Shown here piece after piece: positions 28,087 through 36,743 of a stretch of 42,231 bases of DNA. Where the stretch lies: contig MFPR01000035.1 of NCBI GenBank assembly GCA_001784175.1, forward strand, positions 1 to 42,231, written 5' to 3'. The stretch is from Candidatus Lindowbacteria bacterium RIFCSPLOWO2_12_FULL_62_27 (GTDB lineage Bacteria > Lindowbacteria > 2-12-FULL-62-27). Within the stretch, counting starts at the first letter, position 1. Each line of letters starts with the position of its first letter. The position numbers and the translations under genes are program-made. Under the pieces are notes generated by a model that saw only the letters and a list, made by a program, of their open reading frames with translations, was not told the origin of the DNA and made no database searches.

Positions 28087-28497
28087 TCATGGAGTGTTGT
28101 CATATCCGCCTCCTGTCGATAACCCCTCGATTTTCACAGCCCAATCCACTGATCCCACCGTTCCGGACATTCCCCGGATGGCTTCCACCAGTGCATGGAT
28201 GTATATCATGGACGGTTCGTCAGGCTCTACACCGAAATGCTGCCAGCGCCGCTGTTCGAAAAACAGCGCGGTGCGAAGGTCGGTCAGAGAGTCGGGCAGG
28301 CTACCGTCATCCAGATATGCCCCCAGAATCCGGTTCGCGATTTCTCCGCACTTTTCGCACGATTCCCAATGGTGGAAACCTCGAAAGGAGTACGCGAATG
28401 GCTCTATCTCCTCCCAGTGCGCCGTCGGGCCGGGGACGTCAGCCGACGTAAGTTCTGCATCGAAGATGTGCTCCCACCTTTTTTTATCCCAGTCCAT
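28087..28497 (-). CDS. Hypothetical protein; its 3' end is the target of the 6.7-kb insertion
   Basis: AAGGAG RBS; FAYSFRGF..LTDLRTALFFEQRRWQHFG; the C-terminus is duplicated at 21440-21476. Confidence 0.75.
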   Translation of the reverse strand: MDWDKKRWEHIFDAELTSADVPGPTAHWEEIEPFAYSFRGFHHWESCEKCGEIANRILGAYLDDGSLPDSLTDLRTALFFEQRRWQHFGVEPDEPSMIYIHALVEAIRGMSGTVGSVDWAVKIEGLSTGGGYDNTP

Positions 28498-28511
28498 TCG
28501 CCTCTCCTTTC

Positions 28512-29135
28512 TCAATGCTTTTCTTTTCGCTCGTAGTTCGCAATTCCCCTCTTCGCTATTCGAATCGACAATTCAACAAACGTGCATTTGTCCGCTCTGA
28601 AGATTGCGTTCAGGCCGATTTCGGACTCGCGCGTTTTGGCGGCGGCGAAATACTGTTCATCTTCGAATGCGTACAGCAGGGTGGACAGTGCCTCCTGATT
28701 GCGTTTGTGGATATCGATCATGACGCTATATTCGCCACGGATGCAGAATACCGCGCCTGCGTATTCGCTCATGTCGACCACGATGCGGATCAGTTCCGAT
28801 ACGCTGTCCGGCTGGATGGCCTTCTGGGCGCATGTCCTTTTCACGCCAGCGGCTGATGCTGAGATCAACTCGAACAGGCGGTACCAGTACATGCCGTCGT
28901 CATAGAGGTGGTGGGTCAGAAAATACTCGCGGTTTTTTTGTACAAGTTTGAGACCATCCCGGGACAATGACAACAGCTCGTCGAAAAGTCTCCCGTCAGG
29001 CCGTTCGACGGTACTCCATGGCGAATCCTCCTTCCGCGAAAGGTACGCCTTTTCAAGAGCCTGCAATCTGGCCCGGACATCGGCGAAATCCTTTTCCGCG
29101 GGGATCGGGATCAGAGGCATGAGGGAGTCATCCAT
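28512..29135 (-). CDS. Hypothetical helical protein
   Basis: 207 aa, overlaps the upstream gene, operonic. Confidence 0.7.
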   Translation of the reverse strand: MDDSLMPLIPIPAEKDFADVRARLQALEKAYLSRKEDSPWSTVERPDGRLFDELLSLSRDGLKLVQKNREYFLTHHLYDDGMYWYRLFELISASAAGVKRTCAQKAIQPDSVSELIRIVVDMSEYAGAVFCIRGEYSVMIDIHKRNQEALSTLLYAFEDEQYFAAAKTRESEIGLNAIFRADKCTFVELSIRIAKRGIANYERKEKH

Positions 29136-30075
29136 TCATCGTCGCCAGCCCGATGATCTCGTCGGCGGTGCGGAGGCGGGCGTCGGGGGAGTCGATGTCC
29201 CTGTCGAGGAGCGGGTCGATGTCGGGGATTTCAGCTTCGTCGTCAAAATCGAGAATGGCTTGTTCCAAGCCACCGAGATTCGTGGGGTCGGAGGGATCCG
29301 GTTTCTCACCCTGCCGCGCGTAACCCAGCCGCACGAACGCCTTCAAGTGCTCGATCAGCCGCAGGCGGGCCGGTCGATCCATGCCGATGGGCGGCAAGGG
29401 CTCGACTTTGATGCGTCCATCGTGCCAGACCGTCATGAAAACGCCGGATGCGGCGGCGACGTTAACCGCGTCGGGAATGGCGATTTGGACATCCAATCCG
29501 GCCGCTTTCAAGTTGCGATACAGTTGTTTGAGCCATTCGTGATCCAGATCCTCCTCGCGACTGACCAGAGCGTCGAAGTCAGGCTGATCGAACAGGGAGC
29601 GATTGAAGCGAGCGACACGGCCGTCCTTCAGCACGGCTTCGTACCACGCTCGCTCCGGCGTTTCGACAGCCACAATCCGCGTTGCCCGATTCTTGATCCA
29701 CGGCTCGTAGATGACAAACGCGATCATGAACTCGCGGATCCGCAGCGATTCGGCCACTGGATCCCTTGACGGAAGCCCTCCGTAGGGGAAGCGAAAAAAT
29801 AGATGGCCCCAGTCGTCGGCGCGGATGTAATAAAAGGTCCCCGCCCCGTCGCCGCTCCGCCCAAATCCAGTCAGGAGATACCCGTTCGGCGCCCTGCGCA
29901 GAAACTCCTCCGGATCGCCTGCTCGAAAGCGCGGATTCTCGCGCGCGGCGGCAGTTCCATAGATCGCCGTTCCGGGCGCAAGACGCACAAGGTCGAAGTC
30001 GTCGACCAACTGCCACGGGAATGCCCACGCCAGCTCATCGGCGAAGAGACGCTCAAGCTCGGAGGTGTCAGCCAT
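29128..30075 (-). CDS. Hypothetical protein
   Basis: 315 aa, GAGG RBS, acidic C-terminus, operonic. Confidence 0.7.
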   Translation of the reverse strand: MADTSELERLFADELAWAFPWQLVDDFDLVRLAPGTAIYGTAAARENPRFRAGDPEEFLRRAPNGYLLTGFGRSGDGAGTFYYIRADDWGHLFFRFPYGGLPSRDPVAESLRIREFMIAFVIYEPWIKNRATRIVAVETPERAWYEAVLKDGRVARFNRSLFDQPDFDALVSREEDLDHEWLKQLYRNLKAAGLDVQIAIPDAVNVAAASGVFMTVWHDGRIKVEPLPPIGMDRPARLRLIEHLKAFVRLGYARQGEKPDPSDPTNLGGLEQAILDFDDEAEIPDIDPLLDRDIDSPDARLRTADEIIGLATMNG

Positions 30076-30098
30076 CCGTCAGGTCCTCGCGGCAACTT

Positions 30099-30764
30099 TC
30101 ATCGTGCCGTGGTTCTCGCAACCCGGCGGCGGCCATGATTGGACTCGACACCGGCGGCTCCATTGTTTCTCTGCGTGTTTGAACGGCCGGCATTCGATAT
30201 TTCACGTGAGACATGACGAAGTTCCATTTTTCCGCCGCAACTACGGTGGAAAAAGCAAACGGTGTTGAATGTCTGTCTCAAAATCTCGGATGCCTTCTCC
30301 AGGCGCGGATATAAAGAGTGAATGGCACCCAAGGCGATTTCATTACCGCTTCCGATGGCCGCAAAATTATCAAAAACGCAAATATCCCGGCTTGCCGCGA
30401 CTTCAAACATTCGCCGCGATGTCGCGACCATGAACGACGCGTCGCTGAGTTTCGAAATTTCATTCTCCTTTGCCGAACCGAGCGAATACCGCTCTTTGAC
30501 AAAGGCATAGACGTGCTGAAAAAAATCGGTCACATCGTGTTCGTTATCGAAAGCGCTCTCATACATATCCCTTTTCCTATCCGCGAAGTAACGCAGGACA
30601 TTTTGAAACAGGACGTTGCCTGAGCAACCTATTAACGCGTTTTTGAAACGCGTGATTTTTGTTACATCTGACCTGTCCGTACGGACAATCCACCCCCAAG
30701 CGGTCAGGCTGTCCGCCATCATCCACATCTCGCCGTTCTTTTTTACTGCCGCAATGACTGTCAT
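30099..30764 (-). CDS. Ntn-hydrolase proteasome-like threonine protease (HslV/BPH-like)
   Basis: Starts M-T-VIAAVKKNGEMWMMADS (Thr1 nucleophile, ADS), KI, IGCSG, AAIGSGNEIALGA. Confidence 0.85.
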   Translation of the reverse strand: MTVIAAVKKNGEMWMMADSLTAWGWIVRTDRSDVTKITRFKNALIGCSGNVLFQNVLRYFADRKRDMYESAFDNEHDVTDFFQHVYAFVKERYSLGSAKENEISKLSDASFMVATSRRMFEVAASRDICVFDNFAAIGSGNEIALGAIHSLYPRLEKASEILRQTFNTVCFFHRSCGGKMELRHVSREISNAGRSNTQRNNGAAGVESNHGRRRVARTTAR

Positions 30765-30789
30765 ACGAACCGCCCTGTGTTGGTCACTC

Positions 30790-31098
30790 TCAATCCTCCA
30801 CCCGCTTGATCTCGCCGGGTGTGTACTCCCGCTGGCGGCGGATGCGGTAGATGCCGGGTGTGATCGTGATGGCCGCATGCTCTTCGTGGACTAGCGACGT
30901 GTCGCCGGTGACTTCGGCGTAGATATCGCCGTCGGGCGCGTCGAAGAGGGCGACCGCCGATTCGTCGCTGAAGCGATGCCGGTGTCCGGTCGCCTCGCCG
31001 TAGGCTACTGTCAGGTCGGTTCGCGCTTTGAGTTTGTCCGGCATCGGGGATCCGGTTTTTATGATTAAAACGTCGCCCTGTCGGTACTGCTCGCTCAT
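30790..31098 (-). CDS. Small His-rich 'RQGDV' protein, habitual partner of DUF6745-like proteins
   Basis: YRQGDVLI, AYGEATGHRH, HEEH, PGIYRIRRQREY; GGAGG RBS. Confidence 0.85.
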   Translation of the reverse strand: MSEQYRQGDVLIIKTGSPMPDKLKARTDLTVAYGEATGHRHRFSDESAVALFDAPDGDIYAEVTGDTSLVHEEHAAITITPGIYRIRRQREYTPGEIKRVED

Positions 31099-31143
31099 CG
31101 TTTTCCTCCGTACAAATCGGATGTGAGGCCGCGATGCGGCCGG

Positions 31144-33942
31144 TCAAGTCTCCAATACCGGGACGTACTCTTCAGGTTTGAATCCAAATGTCCATGCGGC
31201 GGCGTGGGTGCAGGTTTTCATCTCACCTCCCGCATCCTCCCAGAGTGATTCCTCGCGATCATCCCATTTTCCGCCCGCCGCGCGTCTCGCATCGCCCCGC
31301 CCGGGCGGGACGCGAAGGAACACATCGGCCGCAAGACCCAGACGCACTTTCGCCGGATCGATCACATGCAAAATCACCATGGGCTCGTCGTCCTGCAAAT
31401 AGATACGATAGAGTTTTCGCGGATTGCCCGCCGTATCCCGGTCTTCGTCCAGAACCGCCGGGGACGCCTCGCGAATGAACGAAGCCAGACCCTTGCGCGC
31501 GATCATCAGCCGCCGTACTTCAGCGTTCTTCTCGTTCAGGATTGTCTCGGCCGAGAGAGATTGCGGATCGTTGATCACGACGGGAGGCACAACCACCCCC
31601 CGGTATCGATAAATCTCAAGTCCGTCGCTCAATACCGCGGCCGGTCCGCTTTCTGAATGCAGACGATTCCCGGTCTGATCCACATCAATCTGTTTTGGGC
31701 GCGTCACGATGAAAACGGTCTTCTCCAATGCAAGAAATGTCCATCCTCCGCTTGCGTAGAACTGCTTCATAAAAGCCGCCTCTTTGCTGATTCGCTCAAG
31801 CTCGGCCTGCAAGGCGGCATCGCAGGGATCGGTTGATTGAAAATGCCGGGCGGCCAGGACCGAAAATATGATGTGATTGGACATCACGCGTTTGAGATCC
31901 CAGTAGCAGAAGAATTTTTGGGCGGATGTCAAATTCGGCGTGTCAGCGGTGGTAACCGGAACGTTGCTGTTAAAATGCATTGTGTTCATAATTTTGCCGA
32001 GCGCTTCGTTAACGGATTTCAGAAAAAGATCGCTGTCGTGAACCTGGCTGCAGATTCGTCTCAACCCGCCGGCCAGCATCGGATCAATGAAGATCGCGTC
32101 GTTTAATGCGTGGAGGGATTGCACGCAGGGATGCCTGCTCAACGCGTCCGTGACATGCCGGCCCAACGCCGTGAGGTACATTTGGGACGATTCTCTGCCA
32201 AATGTCGAATAGAGCGCCCGGGCCGGCGCTCCCGAGAATCCGATTTGGGCAAGAAGGTTGTAATTCTCCATTTTCACTTGATCGGACGACGGATGATCTC
32301 GTCCGCAAGCGCCCTCGCGCGTGTGCGACTGCTGGAAGTCCCGGGCGACTTCTGCGGCGATGAGGGGCGCGGCCGGGTGCGAGCAATAGACGATGTCGGC
32401 AGGCAGGCGTTTGCCGTGGATTTCGTAAAAATCGGAGATGGCGTCGAACAGCGCCACTTCATCCACGGCGGCTTGGGAGAGCAGGTCCGTCCAGTCCGAC
32501 ACAACGGAATTGACCATCCCGGTGTCCTCTTCAAACCACAATCGTGCCGGAGATGCGGCGGCACGCGGTTCGGATTGAACGGGACGACGAATCGTTCCAT
32601 CGTGCGATTGAACGGGCACGTTATTCGGGATTTCGTGCCGGCATAGGACGAAACATTTCCGGAAATATTCGGGGACATAAGCGTTGACCAGATTAAAAAA
32701 CGGGCGACGCAGTTCGAGCGAACGAACTTCGAAGATGATTTCAGAATAATATTTCTCCCCGAGCCTTGCCAATTCTTCTTCAAATGCGATTTTTTCCGGC
32801 GCGGATGAAAACTCGATGATGCCCGCGCCATTTACTGTCTGAATATTGCGGAGCAGGGCATTCTCCTGTTTGTCCGACAACGAAACAACCTGCAATATGC
32901 CGTTCTTGCCCTGAAGGCCGGAACAAATGGACGGTGCAAGCGCCCGGCGAACAGCCCCGAGGGAATCAGTCCCATCGGACCGCACAAAGGCGTCCAGAAT
33001 GGTCAGGGTGTCAACAATGGGAATGCGTTCCGACAACAGATCTTGAAACAGCGCGTGTATCTGGTCGAGCCCGAACTTATTGACCGCCATACCTACCATC
33101 AGCTCGTCATCTGCTTTTGCCTTGTCCAAGAGCAACTGTGTCTGGTCCATTGAGAAAAGGGACGCTGCGTGTCGAGCCGCGAATTCAAACAAATGGGAGG
33201 ACATTACCACCGCCGGCTCCGACAGATAATAACCGGATTTCTCGGCGAGTTCCCGCTGGTCGGGCTTGATCCAAATGGCCGGAGCATGAAACAGCCGCTC
33301 GACATACGGAATCCCCTCGATCTCATGCCCTCCCCCGTCGGTTTTCACGGCCAGTACTCTCTCCGGTTCAACGGTGCCGGATTCGATCTGCCTGCCCTTC
33401 AGGAGAAGGGTATATTCCTTTGGCCGAAGTTTCAGGTCATCCCGGATACGGACGGACGGCAGGGTCACACCGAATTCATTGGCGAACCGGGTTCGGACGT
33501 TGCTCACTGCATCAAGGAATCCGTCGGGCCCCGATTGTTCACGATCTACAAGGGGAATCAGATGGTAGGCGATATTGACTTCGAGCTGTTCGACGGATTT
33601 GGGGGTGATCTCATTATAGAAATAGGTCCGCGCCGGCCGATCGATTCGATAGATGAACGCCAGCACCTCGGCCACTGGCTGATAATATTCGGATGGTATC
33701 TCCTCATCAACTTTGACCTTTCTGCATAGAAGGTGCGCGAGGCCCGCATATTCATAATTCGGCAGACCGATTCGCTCTGCGAGCCGAATGACATGCTTGG
33801 CGGTCCTGCCTGACCACTTCCCAATGACACGCGGAGTTTTATCCTGTTCGGGTCGATATGAAATCGCGACCGCCGGACCAGTCCCGCCAAAAATGAGAAC
33901 GTCGGAATCGTTCTTTGGTTGAATTCGAACGTCCATCGTCAC
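31144..33942 (-). CDS. Fusion protein: FlhB C-terminal domain, FlhA (FHIPEP) cytoplasmic domain and DUF6745-like domain
   Basis: AVAISY..PRVIGK..LAHLL..DEEIPSEYYQPVAEVLAFIY (FlhB-C); LEVNIAYHLIPLVD..FGVTLPSVRIRDDLKL..LLSERIPIVDTLTILD (FlhA-C); RLHSESGPA..DG..Y.GVVVP..NAEVRR..FLRVPP..AAAWTFG (DUF6745-like). Confidence 0.85.
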   Translation of the reverse strand: MTMDVRIQPKNDSDVLIFGGTGPAVAISYRPEQDKTPRVIGKWSGRTAKHVIRLAERIGLPNYEYAGLAHLLCRKVKVDEEIPSEYYQPVAEVLAFIYRIDRPARTYFYNEITPKSVEQLEVNIAYHLIPLVDREQSGPDGFLDAVSNVRTRFANEFGVTLPSVRIRDDLKLRPKEYTLLLKGRQIESGTVEPERVLAVKTDGGGHEIEGIPYVERLFHAPAIWIKPDQRELAEKSGYYLSEPAVVMSSHLFEFAARHAASLFSMDQTQLLLDKAKADDELMVGMAVNKFGLDQIHALFQDLLSERIPIVDTLTILDAFVRSDGTDSLGAVRRALAPSICSGLQGKNGILQVVSLSDKQENALLRNIQTVNGAGIIEFSSAPEKIAFEEELARLGEKYYSEIIFEVRSLELRRPFFNLVNAYVPEYFRKCFVLCRHEIPNNVPVQSHDGTIRRPVQSEPRAAASPARLWFEEDTGMVNSVVSDWTDLLSQAAVDEVALFDAISDFYEIHGKRLPADIVYCSHPAAPLIAAEVARDFQQSHTREGACGRDHPSSDQVKMENYNLLAQIGFSGAPARALYSTFGRESSQMYLTALGRHVTDALSRHPCVQSLHALNDAIFIDPMLAGGLRRICSQVHDSDLFLKSVNEALGKIMNTMHFNSNVPVTTADTPNLTSAQKFFCYWDLKRVMSNHIIFSVLAARHFQSTDPCDAALQAELERISKEAAFMKQFYASGGWTFLALEKTVFIVTRPKQIDVDQTGNRLHSESGPAAVLSDGLEIYRYRGVVVPPVVINDPQSLSAETILNEKNAEVRRLMIARKGLASFIREASPAVLDEDRDTAGNPRKLYRIYLQDDEPMVILHVIDPAKVRLGLAADVFLRVPPGRGDARRAAGGKWDDREESLWEDAGGEMKTCTHAAAWTFGFKPEEYVPVLET

Positions 33943-34060
33943 ACCAGTTCCCCTTTCCGCTGGGGATCAGATCGATCAGTGCTGGAAACCCATCCCCAGG
34001 ACGTTAGGCCGGCCGCCATCATCCACATCTGATTGTTCTTATTCAGAGCGGCTATAACGG

Positions 34061-36625
34061 TCACTTCGAACCCCCATCAAAATCTTTTCGATACATCTTT
34101 TCGGTCACGATTCGGTGCCCTGCCGACAACGAAAGCCACACATCGACTTCAGATTCCGACAGGACCGCGATGCCGTCATTCTCCGGCGATAGAATCTCAT
34201 AAATGGCCCGGCGGGTTGTTGGTGGAGCGATTATAACCGGCCGCCGGCCGACAGATTTTGTGGCGGCGATGCTCTCGGCGAAAAACGACTTTGCTTGCTC
34301 CGCAGCCTCCGGCGAACTCATCTCCGCCTGCGTTGCGACACCGGCTTCAATTGCATGGAGAACTCCATCTGTGCCGGCCAGGCGGTCGCAGATGATGGGC
34401 GCCAACACGTGCCGCACCCGCTCGACCATCTCCGAGAGGGGCGCGTTTGAATCGAGCGATAGGAGTGTGTCCAATATAAGTGTGATGTCCTTGATGGGCA
34501 CATGTTCACGCACCAATTCCCGCAAAACGGATGTGACTTTCCTGGCTCCGATGCCTTTTTCGACCTCCTCCGCGAGCCTGGCGCACTTGTCTTTGACGAT
34601 ATCAAGAAGGCTTTCGGTGTGCTCTCGCGAAACGAGCAACCAGGCATTTTGGCGCAACGCGTGCTCCAAGTGTTTTGCGATGACTGTAGGAGGGTCGTAG
34701 ACGGTACAACCGGCTTGGAACGCCCTGACAGCATCATCTGGATCGATCCAAATCCCAGACTGCCCGCTGACCGGCTCCCGCACCACGTCACCTCGAAACT
34801 GCGTTGTCGCGGGGCCGATCGCCATCAGCCGATCTGGCCGTAACTCACCCCGGCCTCGCCGCATGCCTCTGATCAGAATCTCGTAATAACGGGGCGGTAG
34901 GGAGTGAGATACTCTTGTTTCAACTTGCGGAAGGATCAGGCCAAACTCGTTCGCTAAACGAAATCGAATTTGGGCGGACACATCGGCGAAGAACATAGGC
35001 TCAAGTTCATATTCGGTCAGAATATGGACATCTGTCTGAGCAACACTTTCCTCAATTTCCGTCCCTCTCTCACGCCAAATCTTGGGATCAGGCCGCCCGT
35101 GAGCCCTGTCGAAGGCGAGCGCATCCCGATAAACGTCATTTAAGGGCCCACGAAGTGCCGGTTGAACCATCTGGTCTTCGATACAATTATTCCACAACGC
35201 TGTCATCAGGATTTCGTCCGATTTGACGATTTTACGATATTTTCGGGCCCGTTCGATGAGTTTGTCCGCTTTGGCACCGGTCCATTTGGCCTTGCAGACA
35301 GGTTGGACGACACGCAGAGGCTCCATTCGTTCGAGTATGCTGCCGGCTTCGGATGCCTGAGGACACAACTCATAATCGACAGCGACGACTCGCCGGTTCG
35401 AAGTAATCAAGAACTTGAAAGATAATTTCCTGACCTCAGCGGCACTGTCCTCATCAAGCGAATCCGCCTCCAGTTCGGTTTCCTGGGCGCCTGACCCGGC
35501 CGACTCGGGAACACATCTAACGCGACCCTCCTCGAGTTTGACGTTGACAACTGTCGAAGACTTTACAGGCAGAAGGTCGTACATCACAGGTTCGAGTTCT
35601 TTGGCGAGGAGTTGCTGGAGCCCACGCGCGCCTATTTGTGTCTTCACAGCAGTGTGGACGAAGTGGCTGAATACCGCCGGCTCGATGTTCAGCTGCAAGC
35701 CATCTTTTGCAAACTCCGCCGCCGCATGTTTCGATGCCTCCGACTGGACGATGGCAAGCAACGTCTGTTCATCGAGCGGGTCAAACGTGACGACGCGCCG
35801 GAACCGTGCGATCAATTCCGGCATAAACCCGAATTTCTTAAAATGCTCGATGTTATCGATCTCCTCTTCGGTAAAAGCTGCGGCAATCTGTTCGGAGTCG
35901 GATTTGTCCGCAGCACCTAAAAATCCGATGTTCGGCCCGCCATGAATGGAGCGTACGGCAGTCTTGAATCCAGAGAACGCCCCACATGCGATAAATGAAA
36001 TGTGGGATGTCGACATTTGAAAGGACGGATCGTCGTGCCCTTCAGGTACATCGACGCGAGCGCCGTCGAGCATCTTTAGAAGCTCCCGCTGGACACCGTA
36101 TCCGCTGACATCCTGATATTCGCTGCGTTTCCCGGCAGTCTTGTCGAACTCATCCAAGCAGACGACACCACACTCGGCCTTGAAGCGGTTCCCATCAGCC
36201 ACGGTTATCAGGCTCTTCAGAATCTTGATTACATCCATACCGTGATAGCCTGTCTGTGAATAATTGGTCATATCAGCGATGAACACCGGGACTTTGAGAA
36301 TTTTAACAAACAGCAGATCCACCAGATGGGTCTTCCCGCTGCCCGTGGGTCCCATCATGAGGTAATTGAGTTTCGGCGGGCCGACGACCGCATGTCCAGC
36401 ATCTTGATTGGCGGCCGCATATTGCTTGATGCGCTTGATATGCCGGTGCGCCATGAGACACAAAGCCCGGCGGGCCCGCACCTGCCCTCGATACCCCAGT
36501 GACTCCAGTTTATCGAACAATTCTTTCGGTGAAGGCACGACCAACTTCCTCGCCCATTCCCTGAAGGTTTCCCTGTCCTCGTCTTCGTCAGCCACGAAAG
36601 ATTTCACCCCTTTCCGAATAACCAA
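34061..36625 (-). CDS. Fusion protein: ClpX-type AAA+ ATPase (no Zn-binding domain) and FlhA (FHIPEP) cytoplasmic domain
   Basis: GQ..A, GPTGSGKT, TGYHG, LDEFDK, DVSGYGVQRELLKMLDG, FIACGAFSG, IGF, GFMPELIARF, GARGL; C-terminus LANEFGLILPQV..REPVSG..IWI..GCTVYDPPTVIAKHL..VLRELVREHVPIKDITLILDTL. Exact start uncertain. Confidence 0.88.
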   Translation of the reverse strand: MVIRKGVKSFVADEDEDRETFREWARKLVVPSPKELFDKLESLGYRGQVRARRALCLMAHRHIKRIKQYAAANQDAGHAVVGPPKLNYLMMGPTGSGKTHLVDLLFVKILKVPVFIADMTNYSQTGYHGMDVIKILKSLITVADGNRFKAECGVVCLDEFDKTAGKRSEYQDVSGYGVQRELLKMLDGARVDVPEGHDDPSFQMSTSHISFIACGAFSGFKTAVRSIHGGPNIGFLGAADKSDSEQIAAAFTEEEIDNIEHFKKFGFMPELIARFRRVVTFDPLDEQTLLAIVQSEASKHAAAEFAKDGLQLNIEPAVFSHFVHTAVKTQIGARGLQQLLAKELEPVMYDLLPVKSSTVVNVKLEEGRVRCVPESAGSGAQETELEADSLDEDSAAEVRKLSFKFLITSNRRVVAVDYELCPQASEAGSILERMEPLRVVQPVCKAKWTGAKADKLIERARKYRKIVKSDEILMTALWNNCIEDQMVQPALRGPLNDVYRDALAFDRAHGRPDPKIWRERGTEIEESVAQTDVHILTEYELEPMFFADVSAQIRFRLANEFGLILPQVETRVSHSLPPRYYEILIRGMRRGRGELRPDRLMAIGPATTQFRGDVVREPVSGQSGIWIDPDDAVRAFQAGCTVYDPPTVIAKHLEHALRQNAWLLVSREHTESLLDIVKDKCARLAEEVEKGIGARKVTSVLRELVREHVPIKDITLILDTLLSLDSNAPLSEMVERVRHVLAPIICDRLAGTDGVLHAIEAGVATQAEMSSPEAAEQAKSFFAESIAATKSVGRRPVIIAPPTTRRAIYEILSPENDGIAVLSESEVDVWLSLSAGHRIVTEKMYRKDFDGGSK

Positions 36626-36743
36626 TGTGCATCGCGCAGGCCCATCGGTTCCACCACACCTGATACAAATGCGGTTTTTTTTCGGATTTCTGTTTTTTGA
36701 AGAAAATTTATTGATATGGCTGGGGACGGTATGGAGCGGCGGG

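Larger units (their letters stand above)
25619..28103 (-). pseudogene. NucS-like PD-(D/E)XK endonuclease interrupted by IS256 (N-part 27558-28103, C-part 25619-26161)
   Basis: GRQVPL..GSLDLLFLD..LIVECKL..NPEQRREVVAQLQEYA. Removing the IS and one TSD gives in-frame DYLRRNKF-PMACVEVRRY and a 362-aa product. Confidence 0.9.
21440..28209. mobile_element. 6.7-kb inserted segment bounded by 37-bp direct repeats (attL/attR-like)
   Basis: cccggatggcttccaccagtgcatggat(a/g)tatatcat at 21440-21476 and 28173-28209 (36/37). Both copies encode MIYIHALVEAIR of the 28087-28497 gene. The interior is visibly AT-richer than the flanks. Confidence 0.75.

Noticed and set aside
33960-33999. ctggggat/atccccag hairpin between the two FlhA fusions as a terminator
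   Set aside because: 8-bp stem with a long loop and no U-tract; too weak to call.
31144-36625. Functional flagellar/T3SS export apparatus (flhA, flhB) or housekeeping clpX
   Set aside because: No transmembrane domains, no NPTH motif, no other flagellar genes, no ClpX zinc-binding domain and no clpP/tig context.
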